Positions 33,770-45,207 of a stretch of DNA of 58,014 nucleotides are shown one piece after another (positions within the stretch are counted from its first letter, which is position 1; the number at the start of each line of letters is the position of its first letter). The stretch covers positions 1 to 58,014 of the forward strand of contig JBGQIW010000004.1 of the NCBI GenBank assembly GCA_041498715.1, read 5' to 3'. This stretch comes from Gemmatimonadota bacterium (GTDB taxonomy: Bacteria; Gemmatimonadota; Gemmatimonadetes; Gemmatimonadales; GWC2-71-9). The notes below the pieces were generated by a model. It saw nothing but the letters and a program-made list of their open reading frames with translations. It made no database searches and had not been told where the DNA came from. The position numbers and the translations under genes were made by a program.

Positions 33770-34375
33770 ATGCTGTTGTTGCCCTTCCTTTCCCTGCCTG
33801 AGCTGCCCGCCGTTCTGCGGCATGCGGCCATCACGTTCGCGACGCCGCTCCTCCTGGGCTACGTCGCTTCCTGGATCGCGCTCTACGCCCACGAGATCGG
33901 GCATGCCGCGGCCGCCCGCGCGGTCGGCGTGCGCATCTGGGGCATCCGCTTGGGCGTCGGTCCCACGGTGTTCGAGGGCTCCGTCCGCGGCTGCCGGCTG
34001 TGGCTCGGTCTCTTGCCCCTCGTGGGGTCGGTAATCCTGCTGGACGACGACGCCTCCGCCATCGGTTACCGGGACATCCAGCCGGGACCCTGGCGCTTCG
34101 AGTGGGGGCGCGAGGCATGGCGGGCGCCGATCATCTCGGCGTCGGGCGGTATCGCGAACCTGCTGGTGATGTTGCTCGTCGTGGTCTATTGGTGGCTTGC
34201 CGGCTCCCCCCGTCTGGGAAGCGCGATCGGCGACGTCTTCGTGTACACGTTCGTCGCCAACCTGTCCGGCTACCTCAACCTCTTTCCTCTCTTCTCCTCC
34301 GACGGGCGGCATCTGCTGGCGCACGTCACCGCCGCGCGGCGCGTGAGCCGGGAGGCGGCTACCTCGGCGTCATAG
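33770..34375 (+). CDS. Small M50 (site-2 protease)-like membrane peptidase
   Basis: HEIGH and NLFPLFSSDG motifs within hydrophobic segments. Confidence 0.75.
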   Translation: MLLLPFLSLPELPAVLRHAAITFATPLLLGYVASWIALYAHEIGHAAAARAVGVRIWGIRLGVGPTVFEGSVRGCRLWLGLLPLVGSVILLDDDASAIGYRDIQPGPWRFEWGREAWRAPIISASGGIANLLVMLLVVVYWWLAGSPRLGSAIGDVFVYTFVANLSGYLNLFPLFSSDGRHLLAHVTAARRVSREAATSAS

Positions 34376-34484
34376 CCCCCGGCCGAGCGCCCGGGAGGGT
34401 TGGCCCGGATTTCTCCCCAAAAGTGTATCTTTTCGCGTGCCCGGCCCTCGCCCGGGTTCGCTCTTGTTTCCCATGGAGTCGGCC

Positions 34485-35768
<1,284 letters not shown>

Positions 35769-35787
35769 GCCCGGCGATCGCCGTTTC

Positions 35788-38700
35788 GTGGACGACCTTC
35801 TCCCCCGACTTCGGACCGCCCTCGGCGATCGCTATGAGATCCTCCGCCTGATCGGCGAGGGCGGCATGGCGCGGGTCTACCTCGCTCGCGACCTCCGCCA
35901 CGAGCGCCAGGTCGCCCTCAAGGTCCTCCGTCCGGAGATCGGCGCCACCCTCGGCGCGGATCGCTTTCTGCGCGAGATCCGGATCGTCGCCGGCCTGCAA
36001 CACCCCAACGTCCTACCCCTGTTCGACAGCGGCGCCGCGGCCACCACCCTGCCCGGCGCCGAGCTGCTCTGGTACGTCATGCCCTACGTGGAGGGCGAGT
36101 CGCTGCGGGCCCGGCTCGAGCGGGAGGGCCGGCTTCCGCTCGACGAGACCTTCCGCATCGGTGCCGATCTCGCCGGCGCGCTCGACTACGCCCACGCCCG
36201 AGGTGTCGTGCACCGGGACGTGAAGCCCGAGAACGTGCTGCTCTCCGGTGGGCACGCCTTCGTCGCGGACTTCGGTGTGGCCCGCGCCGTGGACCTCGCC
36301 GGCATGCCCGGCGCCACGGCGACCGGACTCACGATGGGCACGCCGGCGTACATGAGCCCCGAGCAAGCCGCCGGTGAGGCCAATCTCGACGGTCGCAGTG
36401 ATGTCTACAGCCTCGCCTGCGTGTTGTACGAGATGCTCGCGGGGGCGCCGCCGTTCGGGGGCACCACCGCGCGGGAAATCATGGCCAAGCACGCCCTCGA
36501 GCCGGCACCGCTGATCCGCCGGGAGCGGCCCGACCTCGACCCCGCCGGCGAGGCGGCGCTCGCGCGCGGGCTGGCAAAGGCTCCGGCCGAGCGCACCTCG
36601 ACCGCCTCCGAGCTTCTGCGCGAGCTGGGGCAGACCGCGGAGGTCCGGGGCCAGGTCACGCCCGGACCGATGCCCGGCGTGCGCCCGCGGCGCGGCTGGC
36701 TGGGACCGGCGGGCACGGGAATCGCGTTGGTCGCGGCGCTCGTCGCCGCGCTCGTCTGGCGGACTCGCTCGCCGGCCGATGCCGCTCGGCCTGTGGTCTC
36801 CGCGAGCGCGGTCGCCGTGCTCCCGTTCACCGTGCGCGGCGGGGACTCGCTCGGGCTGGGGGAGGGGCTGGTCGGGCTGCTCGGCACCAAGCTGGACGGC
36901 GCGGGCGACATGCACAGCATCGACTCGCGCGCGCTGCTCAGCTTCGTGGGCCGCCAGGGTCCGGGTCCGGTGGGGCCGGATCAGGGCCGCGCGGTCGCCG
37001 ATCACTTCGGCGCCGGGCTGTTCGTGCTGGGCGACGTGCTTGCGGTGGGCGGCCGGCTCCGGCTCACCGCCTCGCTGTACGACACCCATCGGGGAGAGCG
37101 CGCCGCGGCGACCGGCACCGCCGAAGGGCCGACCGACCGGGTCTTCGACCTCGTGGACTCGGTCGCGAGCCAGCTCGTGGCCGGGTGGAGCGGCCGGGAG
37201 TCGCGGCTCACGGCCATCGCGGCGGTGACCACCCAGTCCCTGAGCGCGCTCAAGGCCTATCTGGAGGGGGAGAGCGCCTTCCGAGCCGGCAACTTCGACG
37301 CGGCGGTCGATGGGTTCCAGCGCGCGGTCGTCCAGGACTCGCTGTTCGCCCTGGCGTGGTACCGCATGAGCGTGGCGGCGGAGTGGCTCACTCGCTACGA
37401 CATCGCCCGCCCCGCGGCCGAGCACGCCATGCGCCTGGCCGACCGCCTTTCGGAGCACGACCGGTTGCTGCTGCAGGCGCTCGTGACTTCACGTCGCGGC
37501 GCCGGCGCCGAGGCCGAGCGCCAGTTCCAGAACGTGGTAGCGGTCTACCCGAACGACGTCGAGGCCTGGGTCCAACTGGGCGAGGTCCAGTTCCACTACG
37601 GACCGCGGCTGGGCCGGCCGGTCACGCAGTCGAAGGCGACCTGGCAGCGAGCCCTCGCGCTCGAGCCGAATTTCTTCGCTCCGCTGGTCCATCTGGTCCG
37701 CATCGCGGCCAGCGAGGGCGACCGGGCCGAGGTGGATTCGCTGGTCCGGCGCGCGGCCGCGCTGCGTACGGCGCCCGACACGCGCGGTGTCGCGCCCACA
37801 CGGTCCGAGCTGCTCGAGCTGGAGAGCCTCCGCGCCTTCAGCCTCGGCGACACGGCCGCCCAGAGCCGGGTGATCGCCCGGCTCGACACCGCCACCGACG
37901 TCACCGTGGACCTCTCCATCTGGGGAGTGTCGTCATACGTCGGAGACCGGCAGGGCGCTGCGCGCATCGCGAGGCTCCTGGCCAACCCGGCGCGGCCCCC
38001 GTGGTCGCGGGCGGCGAGCTACGTGTTCCTCGCGAACCTGGACGCGGCAGAGGGCAAGATCGCGGCGGCCCAGCGGCACCTGGATGCCGCCGCCGAGATC
38101 GATCCACGAGCGGCCGCGGAGGCACGCGCGCTTCTCGCGGCTGCGCCCTACCGGCAGGCGGACCCAGCGGAGCTGGCCTCGGCCCGCGACGCCGTGGACC
38201 ACGCACCGGCAACGCCCGAGCCCCCGCTCGAGACGAGCGTCGTCCTGAGCGTCCACCACGGCCTGCACGGGCACCTGCGGGTCTATCTGCTCGGGCTGCT
38301 CGACGCGCGCCTGGGCCAGGCGACCCGCGCGGCGCAGTACGCGCGGGAGCTCGAGACCCTGCCCTTGCCCGGCGACGTCGGCTCCTTCGCGCCGGACCTC
38401 GCCAAGGGCATCAGGGCGGAGAGCGCCGCGCGCCGCGGGCGCCCGGCCGACGTGACAGCGGCGTTCGAGGGGGTACGGCGAGAGACCTGGTACGAGCTGG
38501 CGACCACGTCGCCCTTCTTTGCGCAGGCCCGGGAGCGGTTCATCCAGGCCGAGGCGCTCGCGGCACAGGGCCGGGACGCGGAGGCCGCCCCGCTGTACCG
38601 GTCGCTCAGCGGCCAGGCGTCGATGTTCGAGCTACCGTACCTGGCGCCGTCGCAGCTCAGGCTGGGCGAGATCGCGGAGCGGCAAGGCCGCCCTGACGAG

Positions 38701-38814
38701 GCGGCCCAACACTACTCCCGGGTACTCGAGCTATGGCGGAACGCGGACCCGTCGCTTCAGCCCCTGGTCAAGGAAGCCCGGGCGCGGCTAGCGAACCTGA
38801 AAGGAGAGAAGTGA
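35788..38814 (+). CDS. Hanks-type Ser/Thr kinase with TM, TolB-N-like and TPR extracytoplasmic region
   Basis: GEGGMA, VALK, HRDVKPEN, DFG, GTPAYMSPEQ; TM segment; VAVLPF; helical repeats. Confidence 0.92.
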   Translation: MDDLLPRLRTALGDRYEILRLIGEGGMARVYLARDLRHERQVALKVLRPEIGATLGADRFLREIRIVAGLQHPNVLPLFDSGAAATTLPGAELLWYVMPYVEGESLRARLEREGRLPLDETFRIGADLAGALDYAHARGVVHRDVKPENVLLSGGHAFVADFGVARAVDLAGMPGATATGLTMGTPAYMSPEQAAGEANLDGRSDVYSLACVLYEMLAGAPPFGGTTAREIMAKHALEPAPLIRRERPDLDPAGEAALARGLAKAPAERTSTASELLRELGQTAEVRGQVTPGPMPGVRPRRGWLGPAGTGIALVAALVAALVWRTRSPADAARPVVSASAVAVLPFTVRGGDSLGLGEGLVGLLGTKLDGAGDMHSIDSRALLSFVGRQGPGPVGPDQGRAVADHFGAGLFVLGDVLAVGGRLRLTASLYDTHRGERAAATGTAEGPTDRVFDLVDSVASQLVAGWSGRESRLTAIAAVTTQSLSALKAYLEGESAFRAGNFDAAVDGFQRAVVQDSLFALAWYRMSVAAEWLTRYDIARPAAEHAMRLADRLSEHDRLLLQALVTSRRGAGAEAERQFQNVVAVYPNDVEAWVQLGEVQFHYGPRLGRPVTQSKATWQRALALEPNFFAPLVHLVRIAASEGDRAEVDSLVRRAAALRTAPDTRGVAPTRSELLELESLRAFSLGDTAAQSRVIARLDTATDVTVDLSIWGVSSYVGDRQGAARIARLLANPARPPWSRAASYVFLANLDAAEGKIAAAQRHLDAAAEIDPRAAAEARALLAAAPYRQADPAELASARDAVDHAPATPEPPLETSVVLSVHHGLHGHLRVYLLGLLDARLGQATRAAQYARELETLPLPGDVGSFAPDLAKGIRAESAARRGRPADVTAAFEGVRRETWYELATTSPFFAQARERFIQAEALAAQGRDAEAAPLYRSLSGQASMFELPYLAPSQLRLGEIAERQGRPDEAAQHYSRVLELWRNADPSLQPLVKEARARLANLKGEK

Positions 38815-38833
38815 GCAGGGCGCCGATGCCCGG

Positions 38834-40750
38834 CTAGGGATTCTCCCCCTCCAGATACGTGTACCCCTCCAGCCCGGCGACATAGTCCGCGATGAAGCTG
38901 TTCGCTTCCTGGCGCGAGAGCTCCGGTGCCTTGCCCACTTTCCGCCGGAACGTCGCCAGCAGGTCCGAGGCGTGGAACTGCACGTAGTTGAGCACCTCGG
39001 TCACGGTGTCGCCGTGGACGAGGTCGGTGACCTCGTAGCCGTGGTCGGTGAGACGCACGTGCACGGCGTTGGTATCCCCGAAAAGGTTGTGGAGGTCGCC
39101 CAGGATCTCCTGATAGGCACCCGTCAGGAAGATGCCCAGAATGTAGGGCTCGTCCTCGACCACCGGGTGCAGCTCGAGCGACGGCTTGCCCTTCCGGCCG
39201 CCGGCGAACCGGTCGATCACGCCGTCGGAGTCGCAGGTGACGTCCTGGAGCGTGCCGCGCCGGGTAGGCGGCTCGTTGAGCCGGTGGATCGGGATGATCG
39301 GGAAGATCTGGTCGATGGCCCAGTTGTCCGGCAGCGACTGGAACACGGAGAAGTTACAGAAGTAACGATCGACGAGCACCGCGTCGATGTGGGCGGCGAT
39401 CTCTGGATTCGCGGCCTTGTCGTCCGCGATGGCCCCGGCGATGGCGTTCAGGGTGCAGAGATAGAACTGCTCGGCGTCGGCCTTGTCGCGCAGCGAGAAC
39501 ACGCCGCTGGCGAAGTACTCCTGGGCGCGCTCCTTGGCGAAGACGACGTCGTGGAAGACCTCCTGGACCCGATCCGGGGTGAACGACTCGAGGTCTTCGG
39601 CCATCTCCAGCAGCAGCGGGTGCGGCTCGCTCCGGAGCGCTGGCGCGACCGACTCGTTGAGCGACTCCACGTCGATCACATTCATCAGGAGCAGCGAGTG
39701 ATGCGCGGTCAGGGCCCGTCCGGATTCGGAGATGACGTTCGGCATGGGCAGCTCTTCCGAGCGGCAGACGGTGCCCAGAGTATAGATCACGTCGTTGGCG
39801 TACTCCCGCATCGAGTAGTTCACACTCGCGGGCCGGGTGGACCGGGAACCGTCGTAATCAACGCCGAGGCCGCCGCCCACGTCCACGTAGTTCAGGTTGG
39901 CGAACCCCATGCCCCGCAACTCGGCGTAGTAGCGGCTGATCTCCTCCAGCCCGGCCTTGATGACCCGGATGTCGGGGATCTGGCTGCCGAGATGGAAGTG
40001 CACCAGCCGGAGGATGTCCTTTCGCCCGACGGCCTCCAGCCGGTCCAGCAGCTTCACCAGCTCCACCGCGCCGAGTCCGAACTTGGACTTCTCCCCGGCG
40101 CTCTTGGCCCAGCGGCCGGAACCCTCGCTCGCCAACTTGATGCGTACGCCCACCGTTGGCTGGACTCCCATGTCCTCGGAGACGCGCAGCAGCACCTCCA
40201 GCTCGTTGAGCTGCTCCAGCACTACCATCACGGTGTGCCCCAGCTTCTGGCCCATGAGGGCCAGCCGCATGAATTCCTCGTCCTTATACCCGTTGCAGAC
40301 GATCATGTGGCGGGTGCTCTCGTTGAGGCCGAGCACCGCCATGAGCTCCGGCTTGCTGCCGCACTCGAGGCCGGCGCCATGGGGCGTGCCGAACTCCACG
40401 ATCTCCTGCACGACGTGGCGCTGCTGGTTCACCTTGACGGGATAGACCGTGGTGTAGCTGCCGTCGTACCCGAACTCCTTGATGGCACTCTCGAACTGCC
40501 CCGCCAGTGCCTGGATCCGGGAGCGGAGGATATCGGAGAACCGCAGGAGAAGGGGAAGTCCCACCCCCTGCGCATTGAGATCGAGGGCGAGCTGGAAGAG
40601 ATCAAGCCCGCGCTTGGGATTGCCGTCGGGGTGGACGGTGACGTGCCCCGCCTCATTGACCCTGAAGTAGCCCTGACCCCAGCCGCTCATGTTGTAGAGC
40701 TTCTCGGCGTCCCTGGTGGTCCAGGTCGGGGGGGAAATGATGGTGGCGAT
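38834..40750 (-). CDS. speA: Biosynthetic arginine decarboxylase; probable ATC start at 40750 (first ATG at 40690)
   Basis: YPVKVNQ, CNGYKD, HFHLGSQI, DVGGGLGVDYDG, TCDSDG, GAYQEILGDLHNLFG; the conserved W..DA..LY N-terminus lies upstream of the first ATG. Confidence 0.93.
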   Translation of the reverse strand: MATIISPPTWTTRDAEKLYNMSGWGQGYFRVNEAGHVTVHPDGNPKRGLDLFQLALDLNAQGVGLPLLLRFSDILRSRIQALAGQFESAIKEFGYDGSYTTVYPVKVNQQRHVVQEIVEFGTPHGAGLECGSKPELMAVLGLNESTRHMIVCNGYKDEEFMRLALMGQKLGHTVMVVLEQLNELEVLLRVSEDMGVQPTVGVRIKLASEGSGRWAKSAGEKSKFGLGAVELVKLLDRLEAVGRKDILRLVHFHLGSQIPDIRVIKAGLEEISRYYAELRGMGFANLNYVDVGGGLGVDYDGSRSTRPASVNYSMREYANDVIYTLGTVCRSEELPMPNVISESGRALTAHHSLLLMNVIDVESLNESVAPALRSEPHPLLLEMAEDLESFTPDRVQEVFHDVVFAKERAQEYFASGVFSLRDKADAEQFYLCTLNAIAGAIADDKAANPEIAAHIDAVLVDRYFCNFSVFQSLPDNWAIDQIFPIIPIHRLNEPPTRRGTLQDVTCDSDGVIDRFAGGRKGKPSLELHPVVEDEPYILGIFLTGAYQEILGDLHNLFGDTNAVHVRLTDHGYEVTDLVHGDTVTEVLNYVQFHASDLLATFRRKVGKAPELSRQEANSFIADYVAGLEGYTYLEGENP

Positions 40751-40970
40751 GGCTCAGCTCCTGGTCGGTCAAAGCGCGGAAAAATAATGAGTTACCACTA
40801 CGTACGCCAGCGCGGCCAGCCTGGGGCCGTGGCGTAGCGGCGACACCACAGTCCGACGGACGTGGGCGGCACCCCATCCAGCCGGCTCGGGAGGTCCGGG
40901 GCCGCCCGGCGGACCCCGGAGTCATTGCCATCCCATGGGTTGAGGCCAACCCCGGCGCCCGCGACCCAGG

Positions 40971-40986
40971 CGGCACGAAGCTCGCA
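40971..40986 (+). promoter_or_regulatory. Possible sigma54 promoter
   Basis: CGGCACG-AAGC-TCGCA (GG-N10-GC), about 80 nt upstream of the ORF at 41067. Confidence 0.3.
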
Positions 40987-41066
40987 ACCTCTCCGGGTGT
41001 GCAGTCGTAAGCTGAGACATTGCAAACGGTTGCACAGCGTATCAAGCTCTTGCCACCGAGGGTGCC

Positions 41067-41750
41067 ATGTTCTCCCTGACTCTGAATTCCGCTCGCCGCC
41101 TCCCGCCCGTGCTCCGGCTGCGGCTCCAAGTCGCGTATGCCCGCGCCTGGGAGGCTCTGACCGATACCCACCAGACGCAGGCCGCCATGTTCGTTACCCG
41201 CCTGGCGGACCGCCTCCCCCTGGAGGACGCCCTGGCGCGCTACTTCCGCGAGGTCGCAGTTCCAGTGGCCATGCAGGAGACGGTGCGGGCGCGCGCTCTG
41301 CTTTCCGTCGCCAATGCCGTCCCCGTGCTGCCCGGCCCCGACGACGCGGCCGATCCCTGGCAGCGACTCCGCCCTGATCGCCTGGTCGGCGCCGTGCGCC
41401 GCCGCGCCCAATGGGTCGAGGAGACGACCCTGCGCTGCCGCATGGCCGCCTGCCTCGGCGAAGCGGCCGTCAGCGCCACGCACACCCGCATGGCGGTCGA
41501 GGTCGCCGAGCTGCTGGCGGAGGCGATCCCCGCGGACGAGGCGCTGATGACTTACATCCGATCCTTCGATCTCCCGGCTCGGGACGGCGATTCGGTGTTC
41601 CGCGCGGCGTTGGCCGAGCTGGCGGACCGCAGTCTGCCGGCACACGAGCGGCCCACGCTTCACGTAGAGCCGGCAAAGGCGGTCGGCCGTGACGCGACGC
41701 CGGCCGGGCCGGTGCCGGCCCCCTCGTTCGGCCTCCGCGTGATGGGTTAG
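41067..41750 (+). CDS. Hypothetical all-helical protein with an internal duplication
   Basis: RBS GAGG plus ATG; two similar TH...L...DAL..Y segments. Confidence 0.65.
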   Translation: MFSLTLNSARRLPPVLRLRLQVAYARAWEALTDTHQTQAAMFVTRLADRLPLEDALARYFREVAVPVAMQETVRARALLSVANAVPVLPGPDDAADPWQRLRPDRLVGAVRRRAQWVEETTLRCRMAACLGEAAVSATHTRMAVEVAELLAEAIPADEALMTYIRSFDLPARDGDSVFRAALAELADRSLPAHERPTLHVEPAKAVGRDATPAGPVPAPSFGLRVMG

Positions 41751-41833
41751 CGCCGTCACTCCCACGGCGCTCTGGTGCCGGGCTCCGGTGTATCTTCACC
41801 AGAGTCCGGCACTTCCTTTTCAGAGACGGCCCA

Positions 41834-42919
41834 ATGCCGTGGTCATTTCGAATCGGACGAGTCGCGGGGACCGAGATCAAGGTGCACATCACCTTCCTCG
41901 CTCTCCTTGCCTGGTTCGCCCTCCAAGGCTACAACGCCGGTGGGGCCCCGGCCGCGCTCGACCGGACGCTCTTCACCCTCGCGGTGTTCACCTGCGTCCT
42001 CCTGCACGAGTTCGGGCACATTCTGGTCGCTCGGCGATTCGGCGTCCGCACCCCGGACGTGATCCTGCTCCCGATCGGGGGTGTGGCGCGGCTCGAGCGG
42101 ATTCCGGACGAGCCGCGCCGGGAGCTGCTGATCGCCCTCGGCGGTCCAATCGTCACGCTGCTGATCGTGGTCACCCTGTACGGAGTCCTCCGCGTCAGCG
42201 GCGGCCCCGATCCGCTGACGCCACCCGATCCGAACAGCGGGTCGTTCGCGCTCCGGCTCATGTGGGTCAACGGCTTCCTGCTCGTCTTCAATCTGATACC
42301 GGCGTTTCCAATGGACGGCGGCAGGGTGTTGCGGGCCCTGCTCGCGACCCGGCTGGGACTGGTGCGCGCCACCCGCGTGGCGGCGGTGGTGGGCCAGGGA
42401 CTGGCGGTGTTGATGGGGCTCGCCAGCCTGACAGACTACGGATCTCCCATCCTGGTGCTGATCGCGGTCTTCGTATTCGTGGGCGCGCGCGCCGAGGCGT
42501 CGGCCGTCGAGACCCGCGCGGCGGCTCAGGGGCTTCAGGTGGCTCAGGTGATGGTCACCCAGTTCCGGACGATCCCGATCCACGCCACGCTGGCCGACGC
42601 CGTGGATCTGCTCCTGTCGGGGGAACAACGTGAATTCCCGGTCGTGGACAACCTCGGGCGGACCGAGGGACTGCTCACCCGCGACAACCTGATTCGCGGG
42701 CTTCGGGAGCGCGGGCCCGGAGCGACAGTCGCTGAAACCATGACGACACCGGCGCCAACCGTCGCCCCGACGGCTCCGTTCCAGGAAGCGCTGGACCGGC
42801 TCCGCGCGAGCGGACTTCCCGCTCTGCCGGTCGTGGACGCGGCCGGCGCGCTGGTCGGTCTCCTTACGCTGGAGAACATCTCGGACCTGCTGCTCGTCCG
42901 GCGGGCCTCCGCCCGGTGA
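41834..42919 (+). CDS. Site-2 protease (M50) with a CBS pair
   Basis: HEFGH, LLPIGG, FNLIPAFPMDGGR, two CBS domains. Confidence 0.92.
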   Translation: MPWSFRIGRVAGTEIKVHITFLALLAWFALQGYNAGGAPAALDRTLFTLAVFTCVLLHEFGHILVARRFGVRTPDVILLPIGGVARLERIPDEPRRELLIALGGPIVTLLIVVTLYGVLRVSGGPDPLTPPDPNSGSFALRLMWVNGFLLVFNLIPAFPMDGGRVLRALLATRLGLVRATRVAAVVGQGLAVLMGLASLTDYGSPILVLIAVFVFVGARAEASAVETRAAAQGLQVAQVMVTQFRTIPIHATLADAVDLLLSGEQREFPVVDNLGRTEGLLTRDNLIRGLRERGPGATVAETMTTPAPTVAPTAPFQEALDRLRASGLPALPVVDAAGALVGLLTLENISDLLLVRRASAR

Positions 42920-42977
42920 ATCCCGAGCGGCGCCGATCCCGCAGGTGCGCGACCCACACTTGGAGGAGCCAGCCCGC

Positions 42978-43841
42978 ATGACCCACTCGATCCACCGCAG
43001 CGCCGCGCTGCTCGCCGCCCTGCTCGCCGCGTGCTCCGGCAAGGAGGCCGGCCAACCGGGTGCCCAGGCGCCCGTGGCCGCGGCCGTGGCCGGGCCCAAC
43101 GTCGTCACGATCACCGCCACGGAATACGCGTTCCAGATGCCCGCGCAGGTTCCGGCGGGCCCGACCACGTTCCTCCTCAAGTCGCAGGGGAAGGAGCTGC
43201 ACCACGCGGTCGTGGTCCGGTTGGATGAGGGCAAGTCGGCAGCCGATCTCGGCGCGGCGCTCAAGAATCCGGGGCCGCCTCCGAGTTGGATGCACCTCCA
43301 GGGCGGGCCGAATCCACCCAATCCCGGCGGAGAGTCGAACGCGACGCTCGACCTCAAGCCGGGCCATTACGTGGTACTCTGCTTCATTCCTAGCGGCGAT
43401 GGCGTGCCCCACTTCGCCAAGGGGATGGTGACGCCGTTCGAGGTCACCGCTGCGCCAGGGGCGGCCGCTGCAGCGATGCCCGCCCCGGACGTCATCGTGC
43501 GAATGACGGAGTACGGCTACACCCTTTCGACCCCGCTCAAGGCCGGCAGGCAGACGATCCGGGTGATCAACGAGGGAAAGCAGGCGCACGAGGTCGCTCT
43601 GGCCCGGTTCGCCCCCGGCAAGGGAGTTCCGGACCTGGTGGCCTGGGAGCAGGGCGGGGCCAAGGGCCCGCCGCCGGGCAGTCTCTTGGGCGGCACTTCT
43701 CCGATGGAGCCGGGTGACACGGCTCAGTTCACGGTCGCGCTGGAGCCGGGCGACTACGTGCTTGCCTGCTTCGTGCCCGACGCCGGCGACGGCAAGGCGC
43801 ATCTCGCCCACGGAATGGCGCAGCCGGTGAAGATCAGCTAG
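42978..43841 (+). CDS. Lipoprotein with two tandem cupredoxin-like domains
   Basis: Lipobox LAAC; a repeated H...PGxY...C...H...GM ligand set. Confidence 0.75.
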   Translation: MTHSIHRSAALLAALLAACSGKEAGQPGAQAPVAAAVAGPNVVTITATEYAFQMPAQVPAGPTTFLLKSQGKELHHAVVVRLDEGKSAADLGAALKNPGPPPSWMHLQGGPNPPNPGGESNATLDLKPGHYVVLCFIPSGDGVPHFAKGMVTPFEVTAAPGAAAAAMPAPDVIVRMTEYGYTLSTPLKAGRQTIRVINEGKQAHEVALARFAPGKGVPDLVAWEQGGAKGPPPGSLLGGTSPMEPGDTAQFTVALEPGDYVLACFVPDAGDGKAHLAHGMAQPVKIS

Positions 43842-43885
43842 CCGCCGCCAGCCCCGCGCAGCCAGGCCGGAGGAGGACCCGATCC

Positions 43886-45175
43886 GTGGAGGTGGTCGAG
43901 CGGTCGACCCGGGTGCCCTTCCCCGCGCACCTGCTGTACGCCTGGCATGCGCGCCCGGGCGCGCTCGAGCGCCTCACGCCCCCGTGGGAGCGGGTGGAGG
44001 CGCTCGAGCGCGTAGGCGGCCTCGACAACGCGCCGGCCGTCGTGCGCGTCCGCGTGGGGCCGTTCGCACACTGGGACCACACCCACCGCTTTACCCCCGA
44101 CGGCGATTCCGCTTCCATCCTGACCGACCGGGTCGAGTTCGCCTTGCGGGGCGGCGCTGCCGGGGCCTGGGCCGGGCGGGCGCTGTTGCGCAGGAGGATC
44201 GAGCGGCTCCTCGCCTATCGCCACGCACTCCTCGCGGCGGATCTGTCCCGGCACGCGGGCTTTGCCGAGCGGGGTCTGCTCCGGATCGCCGTCACCGGCG
44301 CCAGCGGGCTCGTGGGCCGGTCCCTCGCAGCCTTTCTTTCGACCGGCGGGCACACGGTGCTGCGGGTGGTGCGTCGCATGGCCGGGCCCGGGGAGATCGC
44401 GTGGGAGCCGGGTGTGCGGATCGACGCGGCGGCGCTCGAGGCCACTGACGCCGTGGTGCACCTAGCCGGCGAGAACGTCGCGGCCGGACGCTGGACACCG
44501 GCGCGCCGCCGCCGCATCCGGGACAGCCGGGTGAGCGCCACCGCCCATCTCGCGGAGTCGATCGCGAGGCTCCACCGGCCGCCGGCCGTGCTCGTGTCCG
44601 CCGCCGCAATCGGCATTTACGGCGAGCGCGGTGGCGAGGTGCTGGACGACACCAGCCCGGTGGGAGCCCCCGGCCGGTTCCTCGGTGATCTCTGCCGAGA
44701 GTGGGAAGCGGCCGCCGAGCCGGCTCGGCAGGCGGGCATCCGCGTCGCGTTGCCCCGGTTCGGCGCCGTGCTGAGCCCGGCCGGCGGGGCGCTCGGCAAG
44801 ATGCTGCCGGTGTTTCGTGCCGGACTCGGCGGGCCGCTGGGTGGTGGGCACCAGTGGATGAGCTGGCTGTCGGTCGAGGATGCGATCGGCGCGGTGCACC
44901 ACGCGGTGTTCACGGCATCGCTCCAAGGGACGTTCAACGCGGTCGCGCCAGCCCCGGTAACCAACGCCGAGTTCACGCGGACGCTCGGGGCCGTGCTCGG
45001 GCGGCCGGCGGTGTTCCCGGTGCCGGCGGCCGCGCTCCGCCTCGCGCTCGGCGCGATGGCGGAGGAAACGATTCTGGCAAGCGCACGGGTGGTACCCAGC
45101 CGTCTGCTCGCCTCGGGCTACGCCTTCCATCATCCCACCCTGGAATCGGCGCTCCGCTTCGAGCTGGGCCGCTAG
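43886..45175 (+). CDS. TIGR01777-family NAD-dependent epimerase with an N-terminal SRPBCC-like domain
   Basis: [44 protein letters not shown]. Confidence 0.88.
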   Translation: MEVVERSTRVPFPAHLLYAWHARPGALERLTPPWERVEALERVGGLDNAPAVVRVRVGPFAHWDHTHRFTPDGDSASILTDRVEFALRGGAAGAWAGRALLRRRIERLLAYRHALLAADLSRHAGFAERGLLRIAVTGASGLVGRSLAAFLSTGGHTVLRVVRRMAGPGEIAWEPGVRIDAAALEATDAVVHLAGENVAAGRWTPARRRRIRDSRVSATAHLAESIARLHRPPAVLVSAAAIGIYGERGGEVLDDTSPVGAPGRFLGDLCREWEAAAEPARQAGIRVALPRFGAVLSPAGGALGKMLPVFRAGLGGPLGGGHQWMSWLSVEDAIGAVHHAVFTASLQGTFNAVAPAPVTNAEFTRTLGAVLGRPAVFPVPAAALRLALGAMAEETILASARVVPSRLLASGYAFHHPTLESALRFELGR

Positions 45176-45207
45176 GCCGCCGGGTCGGGCTCGTCTATGA
45201 TTCCGCT

